From positions 1,800,384-1,864,383 of the forward strand of contig CBDFJJ010000013.1 of the NCBI GenBank assembly GCA_965248285.1: 64,000 nt of DNA, in the 5' to 3' direction. A model generated the notes under the pieces. It searched no databases and had not been told where the DNA came from. It saw only the letters and a program-made list of their open reading frames with translations. Numbering within the stretch: position 1 is the first letter of the stretch; each line of letters opens with the position of its first letter. Below are positions 56,560 to 64,000 of this stretch, piece by piece. Origin of the DNA: Gemmatimonadales bacterium. Its GTDB lineage: Bacteria; Gemmatimonadota; Gemmatimonadetes; Gemmatimonadales; GWC2-71-9. A program made the position numbers and the translations under genes.

Positions 56560-56735
56560 TCAAAGTAGTCGCCCTGTGGGCCTGCTGGTAGCGTGGCCTC
56601 CCCGGGTTTTTTCCGCCCTCGCCGGACTGGACGCCTGGCGATCGCCCTCCTTGCCGACCGTTCCGCTGCGAATGTGAAGATCGCGTTGCGGAAACGGGAT
56701 CTCAATGTCGCTTTCCTTTGAGGATGCTGGTCTCC
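56560..56735 (-). pseudogene. 3' remnant of an MscS paralogue
   Basis: Translates ...SDIEIPFPQRDLHIRSGTVGKEGD..., matching the tail of the MscS gene at 58681-59562. 56638-56730 is about 90% identical to 58652-58782. Confidence 0.6.
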
Positions 56736-56824
56736 GTCTAGCCTCCGGCTGAAGTGCATCATTTGTAAAGCATTAGCGTATAACCATTTGACCCCTTGAA
56801 CCAATAACCGAAAAGAAAACTATC

Positions 56825-57283
56825 GTGAAACACCTTCATACATTGATTCTCGTACTTAGCCTCAGTCTCGGTGGCGTGGGTTGTGGCGATGATGATCCAA
56901 CCGATGCTGGCCAGATCGTTCCTGCAGAGTTGGTAGGGACCTGGAATGCCACTTCGCTCGAGTTCACACGGATTAGTGATCCGAGCCAGGTGGTCGAAGC
57001 AGTTTCAGATCGTGGCTATACTGCTCAAATCGTCATCAATGCAGACGGTAGTAGCGTTACCACAGAAACTATCCCGGACTTTCCCGCCTTCGTAAGCACC
57101 GCTTCCATTAGAGTTACAGGGAATACCATTGTGAGCACCGAGGCAGACGGTTCCACACAGACATTCACCTACTCAGTCGATGGAAACACTCTTACCCTGT
57201 TGAGTGATAATATCGGGTTCGACTTCGAGGAAGCGGTCATCGACGTGCCCGCTACCTTCGTAGGCATCTTCGAGAGACTCTAG
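56825..57283 (+). CDS. Small lipoprotein, unknown function
   Basis: MKHLHTLILVLSLSLGGVGCGDDD is a lipobox. It is AT-richer than the flanks. GTG start. Confidence 0.6.
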   Translation: MKHLHTLILVLSLSLGGVGCGDDDPTDAGQIVPAELVGTWNATSLEFTRISDPSQVVEAVSDRGYTAQIVINADGSSVTTETIPDFPAFVSTASIRVTGNTIVSTEADGSTQTFTYSVDGNTLTLLSDNIGFDFEEAVIDVPATFVGIFERL

Positions 57284-58596
57284 CAGGTTGCGGAAAAAGT
57301 CGGGTAATGGACGATAGCATCGCGAGCCGGAAGTTCTTATCGTAGAGGGACCTCGATGGGAGTGCCACGATGCGCGGGAACAAGACGAATCAGTCGGCGC
57401 TGTTCAGCTATATCAGTGCGGAGGATCGGGTGCCCTCCGACCATCCGTTGCGCGCCCTGCGGGCGCTGGTGGACCCGGTGTTAGCCCGGCTCTCGCCGCA
57501 GTTGGACCGGCTGTACGCGCGGCGGGGCCGGCCGTCGATTCCCCCGGAACATTTGTTACGCGCGTTATTGCTGCAGGTGGTGTATACGATCCGGAGCGAG
57601 CGGCAGCTGATGGAGCAGCTCGATTACAACATCCTGTACCGATGGTTTGTGGGGTTGAATCTGGACGACGCGGTGTGGGTGCCGACGGTCTTTACGAAGA
57701 ATCGGACGCGGCTGGTCGAGGGGGGCATCGCGGATGCGTTTCTGGCCGAAGTGTTACAGGAGGCGGAGCGGCGGGCGTTGTTGTCGAATGAGCATTTCAC
57801 CGTCGACGGGACCTTGCTGGACGCGTGGGCGAGTCAGAAGAGTTTTCAGCCGAAGGCCGGCACCCGCCCGCCAACGGACGATGATCCGGGGAATCCGAGC
57901 GTGACGTTTCGCCAGGAGAAACGGACGAATGCGACGCATGCGTCGCGGACGGACCCGGAGGCGCGGTTGACGCGGAAGAGTGGGGGGCAAGGCGCGCAAT
58001 TGGCGTACTTGGCGAGTGTGTTGATGGATAATCGGCACGGGCTCGTGGTGGCGACCGACGTGACGCAGCCCGGCTACGAGGCGGAGTGTGCGAGTGCGCT
58101 GGCGATGGTGGGGAGCTTACCGCCGACGGCCCGGCGACGGACGTTGGGGGCGGACAAGGGTTATGATCGGTGCGGGTTTGTCGACACGCTGCGGGCGTTG
58201 GGCTGGACGCCCCACGTCACGCCGAACGTGCACCGCACGCGGTTGCGGAGCGCGGTGGATGGCCGGACGACGCGCCATCCCAGCTATGCGATCAGTCAAC
58301 GGCAGCGCAAAAAAGTGGAAGAGATCTACGGGTGGGGCAAGACGATTGGGTTGTTACGCAAACTCCGACATCGCGGGACCCCGCGGGTCGGGTGGGTGTT
58401 TACGTTCACGGCCGCGGTCTACAATCTGATGCGGATACGCACCCTGACCCTGGCCGGAGGCAGCCCCTGATGGGGCAGTGTGGGCCGCATTCGTCACGCC
58501 GACCGCACCGCGGGGGCGGTAATAGGGGACCGCACGCTGGTACACCGTCGTGTTACCCGGACAAACGCGGCTCACCATGAATTTTTCCGCAACCTG
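57284..58596 (+). mobile_element. IS5-family (IS1182-like transposase) insertion sequence
   Basis: Perfect 15-bp IRs (caggttgcggaaaaa / tttttccgcaacctg), each abutted by CTAG (57280-57283 and 58597-58600). The left CTAG contains the lipoprotein stop codon. Confidence 0.85.
57370..58470 (+). CDS. IS5/IS1182-family DDE transposase
   Basis: N-terminal SALFSYISAEDRVPSDHPLR...RGRPSIPPEHLLRALLLQVVY..SERQLMEQLDYNILYRWFVGL is the typical family block. Confidence 0.9.
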   Translation: MRGNKTNQSALFSYISAEDRVPSDHPLRALRALVDPVLARLSPQLDRLYARRGRPSIPPEHLLRALLLQVVYTIRSERQLMEQLDYNILYRWFVGLNLDDAVWVPTVFTKNRTRLVEGGIADAFLAEVLQEAERRALLSNEHFTVDGTLLDAWASQKSFQPKAGTRPPTDDDPGNPSVTFRQEKRTNATHASRTDPEARLTRKSGGQGAQLAYLASVLMDNRHGLVVATDVTQPGYEAECASALAMVGSLPPTARRRTLGADKGYDRCGFVDTLRALGWTPHVTPNVHRTRLRSAVDGRTTRHPSYAISQRQRKKVEEIYGWGKTIGLLRKLRHRGTPRVGWVFTFTAAVYNLMRIRTLTLAGGSP

Positions 58597-58680
58597 CTAG
58601 ACTTCGGAAACAAACTGAAGCCAGCCCTCAGTCTTTTGACTTGGGGCTGTGGCCATGCGATCGCCCTCCATGCCGACCGT

Positions 58681-59562
58681 TCATGGCGTTTGCGACGGCG
58701 CGCCGAGCGTTCCGCTGCGAATGTGAAGATCGCGCTGCGGAAACGGGATCTCGATGTCGTTTTCCTTGAAAATCCGGGCGATGGCGTAGTTCAGTTCGCT
58801 CTTCAGGACTCGCGGTTTCGCCGAATAATCCTTGGTCCACACCTGTAGCGCAAAATTCAAGGAACTGTCCCCAAATTCCTCGAACAACACTTCGGAAGGT
58901 GGGGTGGCCAACACGCCCTTGTGGGTGCTCGCTACCTCCAGGAGAAGCCGCGTCACGACCTCCGGGTCGGACGAGTAAGAAACACCGACGGGAACATCGA
59001 AGCGCACCTTGCGATCGGTGTAGCTCCAGTTGGTGACCTTACCGGAAATGAAATCCGCGTTGGGAACGATGATGGCGATGTTGTCGTTGGTGACGATCGT
59101 TGTGGCGCGGGCGGAGATGTTCACCACATCGCCATGGACGCTGCCGACGTCAACACGATCGCCAACCTTGATCGGCCGCTCGAACAGAATGATCAGGCCG
59201 CTGACGAAATTGTTGATGATGTTCTGTAGACCGAAGCCGATTCCCAGACCGGCGGCACCGGCCAAGACGGTGAGAGTGCTGAGGTCGATCCCGGCTGATT
59301 GGATGATGATCACGAGGCCGACGGCGATGACGACGTACCGCACGATCGTTGCGATCGATTGGCGCATCCCAATCTCGACGTCCCCAAGCGCCAGCGACCG
59401 CGCAACCCACCGTTTGATTTGGCCCGCAACAAAAAATAGTATGGTGAGGAGCACGCTCACGTAGACGAGCGTCCACAGCGTCACCTCGGTATCGCCGAGC
59501 TGAAACAAGGAGTAGTTCAGCGCGTTGCGAATCGTTTGGAAGAAGTCCGTGAGCTGTTCCAT
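58681..59562 (-). CDS. MscS-family mechanosensitive channel
   Basis: Three TM segments, then PIKVGDRVDVGSVHGDVVNISARATTI, the MscS beta-domain signature. Start taken at MEQLTDFF. Confidence 0.85.
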   Translation of the reverse strand: MEQLTDFFQTIRNALNYSLFQLGDTEVTLWTLVYVSVLLTILFFVAGQIKRWVARSLALGDVEIGMRQSIATIVRYVVIAVGLVIIIQSAGIDLSTLTVLAGAAGLGIGFGLQNIINNFVSGLIILFERPIKVGDRVDVGSVHGDVVNISARATTIVTNDNIAIIVPNADFISGKVTNWSYTDRKVRFDVPVGVSYSSDPEVVTRLLLEVASTHKGVLATPPSEVLFEEFGDSSLNFALQVWTKDYSAKPRVLKSELNYAIARIFKENDIEIPFPQRDLHIRSGTLGAPSQTP

Positions 59563-59575
59563 GGCCGATTCCAGA

Positions 59576-59732
59576 GGCGACGGACGGTAAGACGGTACGA
59601 CGGTAAGCGTGAGACGTGAGACGTGAGACGTGAGAGGACCCCTCCCCAACCCCTGAGGGGTGGCTGGGCGGGGCCGTCTTACGTCTTACGTCTCACGTCT
59701 CACGCAGTACCGCCACTACCGCCTTACCGCCC
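59576..59732. repeat. Nested hairpin: gacggta and gtgagac heptamer arms plus a cccctcccc/ggggtgg core
   Basis: ...gacggtaagacggtacgacggtaagcgtgagacgtgagacgtgagacgtgagaggacccctccccaacccctgaggggtggctgggcggggccgtcttacgtcttacgtctcacgtctcacgcagtaccgccactaccgccttaccgcc. Confidence 0.85.
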
Positions 59733-59738
59733 TACGAG

Positions 59739-59812
59739 TGCGCCCAGGAGGACTCGAACCCCCAACCTCTTGGTCCGTAGCCAAACGCTCTATCCAATTG
59801 AGCTATGGGCGC
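59739..59812 (-). tRNA. tRNA-Arg (anticodon ACG)
   Basis: GCGCCCA/TGGGCGC acceptor, anticodon loop CTACGGA. Confidence 0.9.
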
Positions 59813-59889
<77 letters not shown>

Positions 59890-59991
59890 GAACTTTCGCC
59901 ACCCTGAATCACCTAGGGTGGGCGAACAAATGTATCCACCGCCCATTCTGGATGGTAGTTCCCCCCCGGCCTCGGACCGCGGGCGGTGGAT

Positions 59992-60133
59992 TTCAGATTG
60001 CAGATTGCAGACTGCAAATTTCAGATTGGCGGAGGCCTCTGACTGCCCCCGCGCCCCCGTGCCCCCGTGCCCCCGTGCCCCCGTGCCCCCGTGCCCCCGT
60101 GCCCCCGTCCCCCCGTGCCCCTGTGCCCCTGTC
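59992..60133. repeat. Two adjacent short tandem arrays: about 5 x heptamer (tgcagat) and about 9 x nonamer (cccccgtgc)
   Basis: ttcagattgcagattgcagactgcaaatttcagattgg, then cccccgcgcccccgtgcccccgtgcccccgtgcccccgtgcccccgtgcccccgtccccccgtgcccctgtgcccctgtcc. Confidence 0.85.
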
Positions 60134-60179
60134 CATCTCTGCCCCTCGCTGCCCCCAGCTGAATCCCGCATTCCTATTA

Positions 60180-61634
60180 TTAGGCCGCCTCCTCCTCCCC
60201 CAAATACCGCAACGCCGCAAACGCCGCCTTCCGACCCGAACGAATGCAATCCGAAATCCCCACGCCGCGGTACGAATTGCCGGCCAGAAAAACGCCCGGG
60301 GTTTCGCTGGCGAGCTTCTCGATTCGGTCGACACGTTCCAGGTGTCCGAGGGTGTACTGTGGCATCCCCTGGGAGTAGCGGTCCACGCGGGCGAACACGG
60401 GCTGTTGCACGACGCCGAGTGTGGATTGCAGTTCGGCTCGGGCAAGATCGATCAGCTCATCGTCCGCCGTCGCGTCGGCGATGTCTTGTCCCGACCGTCC
60501 CAGGAATACCCGTGTGAGCACGTGGCCGGCCGGCGCTCGCCCCGGGAGCTTGGATGTCGCCCAGGAGCACGCCAGCGTCTGGCTACCCACTCGTCGGGGG
60601 ACGACGTAGCCATATCCGTTCAAGTCCCTCGGCACGTCGGCCTGCCGGAATCCCAAGGACACGGCCGCGTTCGACACAAAGGGGATGGACCGCAGGTTCG
60701 CAGCGAGGTCGGCGTTTACCGAATCGACCAGGTTGGCGGCGACATTCGCCGGCGTGGCCAAGATGGCGGCCGCCGTTGTGATCGACTCCCCGTTGCTCAG
60801 CTCGAGTGTGAACCCGCCCCCGCCGCCGCCGCCGCCCTCGTCCCCCACTCGGCGAAAGCCGACGACGTCGGTGTACAGCAGGACGCGGACGCGATCGCCG
60901 AGGGGACGCTCGAGTGCGTCCACGAGTTCTTGCATCCCGGACTCGAGCGAGATGAACGGGGTGGGATATGGGGGAACCTCCTGCACCGACCCGCGGCGGG
61001 AGAGGCGCATGCCGCGCAGGATGCTCCCGTGTTCTTGCTCCATGGCTTTGAGATCGGGCGCGACAGCGTCGAGACTGAGTTGGTCGCCATCACCGCCGTA
61101 GATGCCGCACAGCAACGGCTCGATGAGATAATCGTACGCTTCACTTCCCAATCGTCGTCGCACGAACCCAGCGACCGTCTCATCCATCTCCCCCTCGCGC
61201 CGGGGCACGAACCACTCCCCCGCGGCCCGCAGCCGCCCGAGCGGCGACAGCATGCTGCTGAAGAACAACGGCGCGATGCGCGACGGGATGAGGCCGCTCA
61301 TACCTTCCGGCAGCTTGTGCAGTTTACCGCTTCGGGAAACGAAGGCTCCGCGGGTTTCCGGGTTGGTGGGGATGATCTGTTCTTCCAGGCCCAGCTCTTT
61401 GCACAAGGCGGCCGCTTCGGGTTTGCGCGCGAGCCACGTGTCCGGACCACCTTCGACGAGAAACCCATCGACACGATGCGTCACGATCTTGCCGCCGAGA
61501 CGTTGGTCGCTCTCGATGAGATCGACTCGAAGCTTCGCGTCCTTCCCAACTGCTTCTGCGAGACGGTACGCGGCCGTGAGACCGGTGATGCCCCCCCCCA
61601 CGACGACGACGTCGCGCGAAGCGTTGTCGGTCAA
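60180..61634 (-). CDS. hemY: Protoporphyrinogen/coproporphyrinogen III oxidase (HemY type, FAD)
   Basis: DVVVVGGGITGLTAAYRL is a dinucleotide fold. The length and C-terminal GNSYRGVGISDCI block fit. It overlaps the hemH stop. Confidence 0.85.
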   Translation of the reverse strand: MTDNASRDVVVVGGGITGLTAAYRLAEAVGKDAKLRVDLIESDQRLGGKIVTHRVDGFLVEGGPDTWLARKPEAAALCKELGLEEQIIPTNPETRGAFVSRSGKLHKLPEGMSGLIPSRIAPLFFSSMLSPLGRLRAAGEWFVPRREGEMDETVAGFVRRRLGSEAYDYLIEPLLCGIYGGDGDQLSLDAVAPDLKAMEQEHGSILRGMRLSRRGSVQEVPPYPTPFISLESGMQELVDALERPLGDRVRVLLYTDVVGFRRVGDEGGGGGGGGFTLELSNGESITTAAAILATPANVAANLVDSVNADLAANLRSIPFVSNAAVSLGFRQADVPRDLNGYGYVVPRRVGSQTLACSWATSKLPGRAPAGHVLTRVFLGRSGQDIADATADDELIDLARAELQSTLGVVQQPVFARVDRYSQGMPQYTLGHLERVDRIEKLASETPGVFLAGNSYRGVGISDCIRSGRKAAFAALRYLGEEEAA

Positions 61635-62578
61635 CCGCGCACCCAGCCTCGGTCGCCTGCGGCTTGTCGGACCAGGCGTGCGAGACCGGACATCGTGTGT
61701 GTGTCGTCACTGAGCATGGAGATGCGTTGGAGTGCGAATCCCATGCTCGCCGCGGCTTGGGCGAGTTCGACATCGATGTCGTAGAGAATCTCTACGTGCT
61801 CACTCGTGAAGCCCACCGGGACGATCAACGCACCCGGCACGTCTTCCTCGTGGAGTCGGGTGATGACGTCTCCGGCGTCCGGGCCCAGCCACGGGTCAGG
61901 CGTCATCGGGGCCGATTGATACGCGAACTCGTGCGTGTTGCCGATACCCTCGGCTGTGAGCAGGCGAACGACCCCTTCCATGGTGGCACGCAGCTCGTCG
62001 GGGTAGGGATCGTTCCACTCGAGAATCCGCTCGGGCAAGCTGTGCGCAGTGAAAACGATCTGCACGCGGTCGCGGATATCTACGGCGAATTTGTCCAAAC
62101 CGTCCGCGACGCGGGTGGCGAGCGTGTCCAACAACTCGGGCAGCACGTGCCAGCGCTCGATGGGCGCCACTTCCACCGGCGAATCGGCTTCGGCCACTTT
62201 CTCGAAGTATGCGCCGATGCTCATGCGCGAGTAGTGCGGTGCCATCACGAGGCCGACGGCCTTGGAGATCCCAGCCTCGTGCATTTCGGAAAGCGCGGTC
62301 TCGATGCGCGGCGTCCAATGCCGCATGCCCACGACGCAGCGGTACGGCGGACTGCCGTTTGAGGCGTTGAGCGACTGTTCGAGTTGTTCGGCCTGGGCGA
62401 CGGTGCGCTCGCGGATCGGCGAACGCCCACCGATGATCCGATACCGCTCCGTCATCTCGTCGATCATCTCCGGACGCATCGGTCGCCCACCGCGCACGTC
62501 GAGCAGGTAGGGCTCGACGTCGTCCAGGGAGTCGGGGCCGCCGTAGGCCATGACGAGGACGCCGATGGGCTTGGTCAT
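61631..62578 (-). CDS. hemH: Ferrochelatase
   Basis: GVLVMAYGGPDSLDDVEPYL, HYSRMS and FTAHSLP...GFTSEHVE motifs. Confidence 0.9.
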   Translation of the reverse strand: MTKPIGVLVMAYGGPDSLDDVEPYLLDVRGGRPMRPEMIDEMTERYRIIGGRSPIRERTVAQAEQLEQSLNASNGSPPYRCVVGMRHWTPRIETALSEMHEAGISKAVGLVMAPHYSRMSIGAYFEKVAEADSPVEVAPIERWHVLPELLDTLATRVADGLDKFAVDIRDRVQIVFTAHSLPERILEWNDPYPDELRATMEGVVRLLTAEGIGNTHEFAYQSAPMTPDPWLGPDAGDVITRLHEEDVPGALIVPVGFTSEHVEILYDIDVELAQAAASMGFALQRISMLSDDTHTMSGLARLVRQAAGDRGWVRG

Positions 62579-62585
62579 CAGTGTT

Positions 62586-62804
62586 GACGGAAAGACGGAA
62601 GGACGGAAAGACGGAAAGGACGGAATGTCATTTTTTTCTCGGCCTGGAACCGCATTACGGAGGCGAATAATACCCCGATCAACCGGCTAGCCTAAGAGGG
62701 GGTCTTTTTGGCGGAGCCGATAGGCAAAAAAAAGCCGTCCGGCCACCCGACCGTCCGGCCCGTCGATCTTTCCGTCCTTCCGTCCTTCCGTCTTTCCGTC
62801 CGTC
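62586..62804. repeat. Inverted blocks of the octamer gacggaaa/ggacggaa flanking a ~140-nt spacer
   Basis: The left block (62586-62627) is gacggaaagacggaaggacggaaagacggaaaggacggaatg. The right block (62767-62804) is tctttccgtccttccgtccttccgtctttccgtccgtc. Confidence 0.8.
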
Positions 62805-62887
62805 TGTGGACAACCGTATGTTGTTTATCCCCAAGGAGTTAGGCCAAGAAAACGGCGCCGCAACCAAAGCAGTCACGGCGCCAGGAG

Positions 62888-62961
62888 TAGCGGGGGCGGG
62901 ATTTGAACCCGCGACCTCCGGGTTATGAGCCCGGCGAGCTACCAGACTGCTCCACCCCGCG
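62888..62961 (-). tRNA. Initiator tRNA-fMet (anticodon CAT)
   Basis: CGCGGGGTGGAGCAG..., a 1:72 mismatch, three G:C pairs closing the anticodon stem (CCGGG-CTCATAA-CCCGG). Closely parallels the E. coli tRNA-fMet layout. Confidence 0.9.
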
Positions 62962-62970
62962 ACGTTGTTG

Positions 62971-63287
62971 GTCGGAAGGACGGAAAGACGGAAAGACGGA
63001 AAGTTGGTCCCTCTCGCACGACCGACATCCAAGATTCTGGATCAATTTTATGGGCATTGCATCGTTTGGCAAAGCCCGGATCTGGGCGGAAAACTTAAGG
63101 CGGCCTTAAGCCGCCCGTTTCTCAACCAATGCGTACCGTCCTACCGTCCTTCCGTCCTTCCGTCCTTCCGTCTTTCCGCCTTCCGTCCTTCCGTCCTTCC
63201 GTCCTTCCGTCCTTCCGTCCTTCCGTCTTTCCGTCCTTCCGTCCTTCCGTCCTTCCGTCCTTCCGTCCGTCTGTCCTTCGTCCGCCC
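62971..63287. repeat. Octamer array pair: 4 x ggacggaa (62971-63003) and about 19 x ccgtcctt (63136-63287) in inverted orientation
   Basis: A long run ccgtccttccgtccttccgtcc... with occasional variants (ccgtctttc, ccgccttc). It explains the PSFRPSVL-type track ORFs. Confidence 0.85.
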
Positions 63288-63292
63288 TTCGA

Positions 63293-63366
63293 GAGCGGGA
63301 AACGGGACTCGAACCCGCGACCCCAACCTTGGCAAGGTTGTGCTCTACCAACTGAGCTATTCCCGC
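63293..63366 (-). tRNA. tRNA-Gly (anticodon GCC)
   Basis: GCGGGAA/TTCCCGC acceptor, anticodon loop TTGCCAA. Confidence 0.9.
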
Positions 63367-63422
63367 CGGTTTGCCGTGCTACGTACCCGCAGGTGCTGTT
63401 ATTGCAAGGGTTTACCCCGGAG

Positions 63423-63495
63423 TGGAGGCGAGGGGAATCGAACCCCTGACCTCGTGAATGCCATTCACGCGCTCTCCCAACTGAGCTACGCCCCC
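63423..63495 (-). tRNA. tRNA-Ala (anticodon GGC)
   Basis: GGGGGCG/CGCCTCC acceptor with the G3:U70 identity pair. Anticodon loop ATGGCAT. Confidence 0.9.
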
Positions 63496-63706
63496 GTTAT
63501 ATTGGACGCGGATAAAAAATCCGGTGGGAACACGGCAAGCTAGCCGAGGCCCCTGAGGGTGTCAACCGATCGGCCATCCCTCGCGCAACAATCGGATTGG
63601 GTGCAGTGTACGTCAGGAGTGGGGTGTTCCCTGCTGGCGAAACCAGAGAACAGCATGCCCGTGATGGCCGTTGGATGGCTGACGGTGCAGGAATACAAGG
63701 ACGATT

Positions 63707-64000
63707 ATGAGCAAAACGAAAAAGGTAAAGGCCACACGGAAGCCCACGCTGCGGAGAAAGCGCGCACGGCGGCCTGCGCCGGCGATCGCGGTCAACGAGG
63801 CCGATCGCGATCTGCTGGACCAGTACCTCTTTGAGGTGAGCAAAACGCCGTTGCTCACGCCTCAGGAGGAGATCGCCCTGGCCAAAAAGGTCAGGTCCGG
63901 CGATCAGGAGGCGATGCAGGAGCTGGCAAAGCGCAACCTGCGGTTTGTCATCTCCGTCGCGAAGAAATACCAGAACCGCGGGCTGCCGCTGACGGACCTC
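63707..64000 (+). CDS. RNA polymerase sigma-70 family factor (RpoD-like), 3'-partial at window end
   Basis: The ATG at 63707 opens a frame running off the window (not in the ORF track because it has no stop). LLDQYLFEVSKTPLLTPQEEIALAKKV...NLRFVISVAKKYQNRGLPLTDL corresponds to regions 1.2/2.1-2.2. Confidence 0.85.
   Translation, partial: MSKTKKVKATRKPTLRRKRARRPAPAIAVNEADRDLLDQYLFEVSKTPLLTPQEEIALAKKVRSGDQEAMQELAKRNLRFVISVAKKYQNRGLPLTDL

Noticed and set aside
59952-61784. 610-aa plus-strand ORF and other long ORFs antisense to hemY/hemH. Similar shadow ORFs occur at 817-1716 (-), 21862-23028 (-), 26541-27707 (+), 54125-55210 (+), 55054-56043 (+) and 45541-46464 (-).
   Set aside because: These are typical high-GC antisense/off-frame open frames with Arg/Pro/Gly-rich, low-complexity translations. 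Each is fully overlapped by a gene carrying clear family motifs on the other strand or frame.
62628-62766. Candidate small RNA in the spacer between the octamer blocks (contains gcaaaaaaaagccgtccggcc and a direct repeat ccgtccggcc).
   Set aside because: I could derive no convincing stem-loop/terminator or known RNA family signature by eye. It is left as part of the octamer-array finding for RNA-seq testing.
59992-63287. Possibility that the tandem 7-9-mer arrays are CRISPR arrays.
   Set aside because: The units are contiguous, with no unique spacers. The unit length (7-9 nt) is far below CRISPR repeats. No cas genes are present in the window.
62965-63543. Track ORFs encoding PSFRPSVLPSFRPSVL... 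or GRKDGRTEGRKDGRTE... repeats (62965-63543 +, 63129-63449 +, 63106-63351 -, 63141-63335 -).
   Set aside because: They are translations of the 8-bp tandem array in all frames. They run straight through tRNA-Gly and tRNA-Ala. They have no start context and are mutually overlapping. They are not repeat proteins.

Overview
High-GC bacterial chromosomal segment (roughly two-thirds G+C by eye, not computed). Protein signatures suggest a Gemmatimonadota/Acidobacteriota-like organism, but that is inference only: TolB-propeller/amidohydrolase fusions, and kinases starting RYAIxxExGxGGMATVYLAEDLKHHRKVAVKVL. The window looks like an accessory, heavily rearranged region.

Intact content:
- A cobalt-type nitrile hydratase operon (nthA-nthB-activator-hupE). 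Its alpha subunit carries an RRKFLK Tat signal.
- A Tat-signal LanC-like protein.
- A peptide/amide-degradation set: M20 and S9 peptidases, three amidohydrolases (two fused to TolB-like propellers), a hydantoin/Asp-Glu racemase and CapA.
- A RelE/ParE toxin-antitoxin pair.
- A PQQ dehydrogenase.
- A YiiX-like / MMPL-LolA-fusion / outer-membrane barrel cluster.
- A five-gene translationally coupled operon: GNAT-like, ThiF-like, polytopic membrane protein, P450 and di-haem cytochrome c.
- hemH-hemY, MscS, seven tRNA genes and the 5' end of an RpoD-like sigma factor.

Mobile DNA: one IS3, two different IS256 and one IS5 element. Three of them have identifiable target duplications.

Gene decay: at least 11 remnants or pseudogenes. 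Both paralogous cytochrome c genes are insertionally disrupted.

Most unusual non-coding signals:
- (a) A family of long nested hairpins. Their outer arms are tandem 7-9-mers (gtgagac, gacggta, cacggaaag, gaatatt) and their core is a C-run/G-run stem.
- (b) Octamer (ggacggaa) and nonamer (cccccgtgc) arrays around the tRNA genes.
- (c) Four degenerate direct copies of the 3' half of tRNA-Arg(CCG). Each breaks in the anticodon loop and continues into a shared arm with repeated gcgtc..gggcgt and ttgtgacaa motifs. This is the footprint of tandem tRNA-targeted integrative elements, yet no integrase gene is present.

All calls come from reading the sequence and the ORF track; no database search was run.
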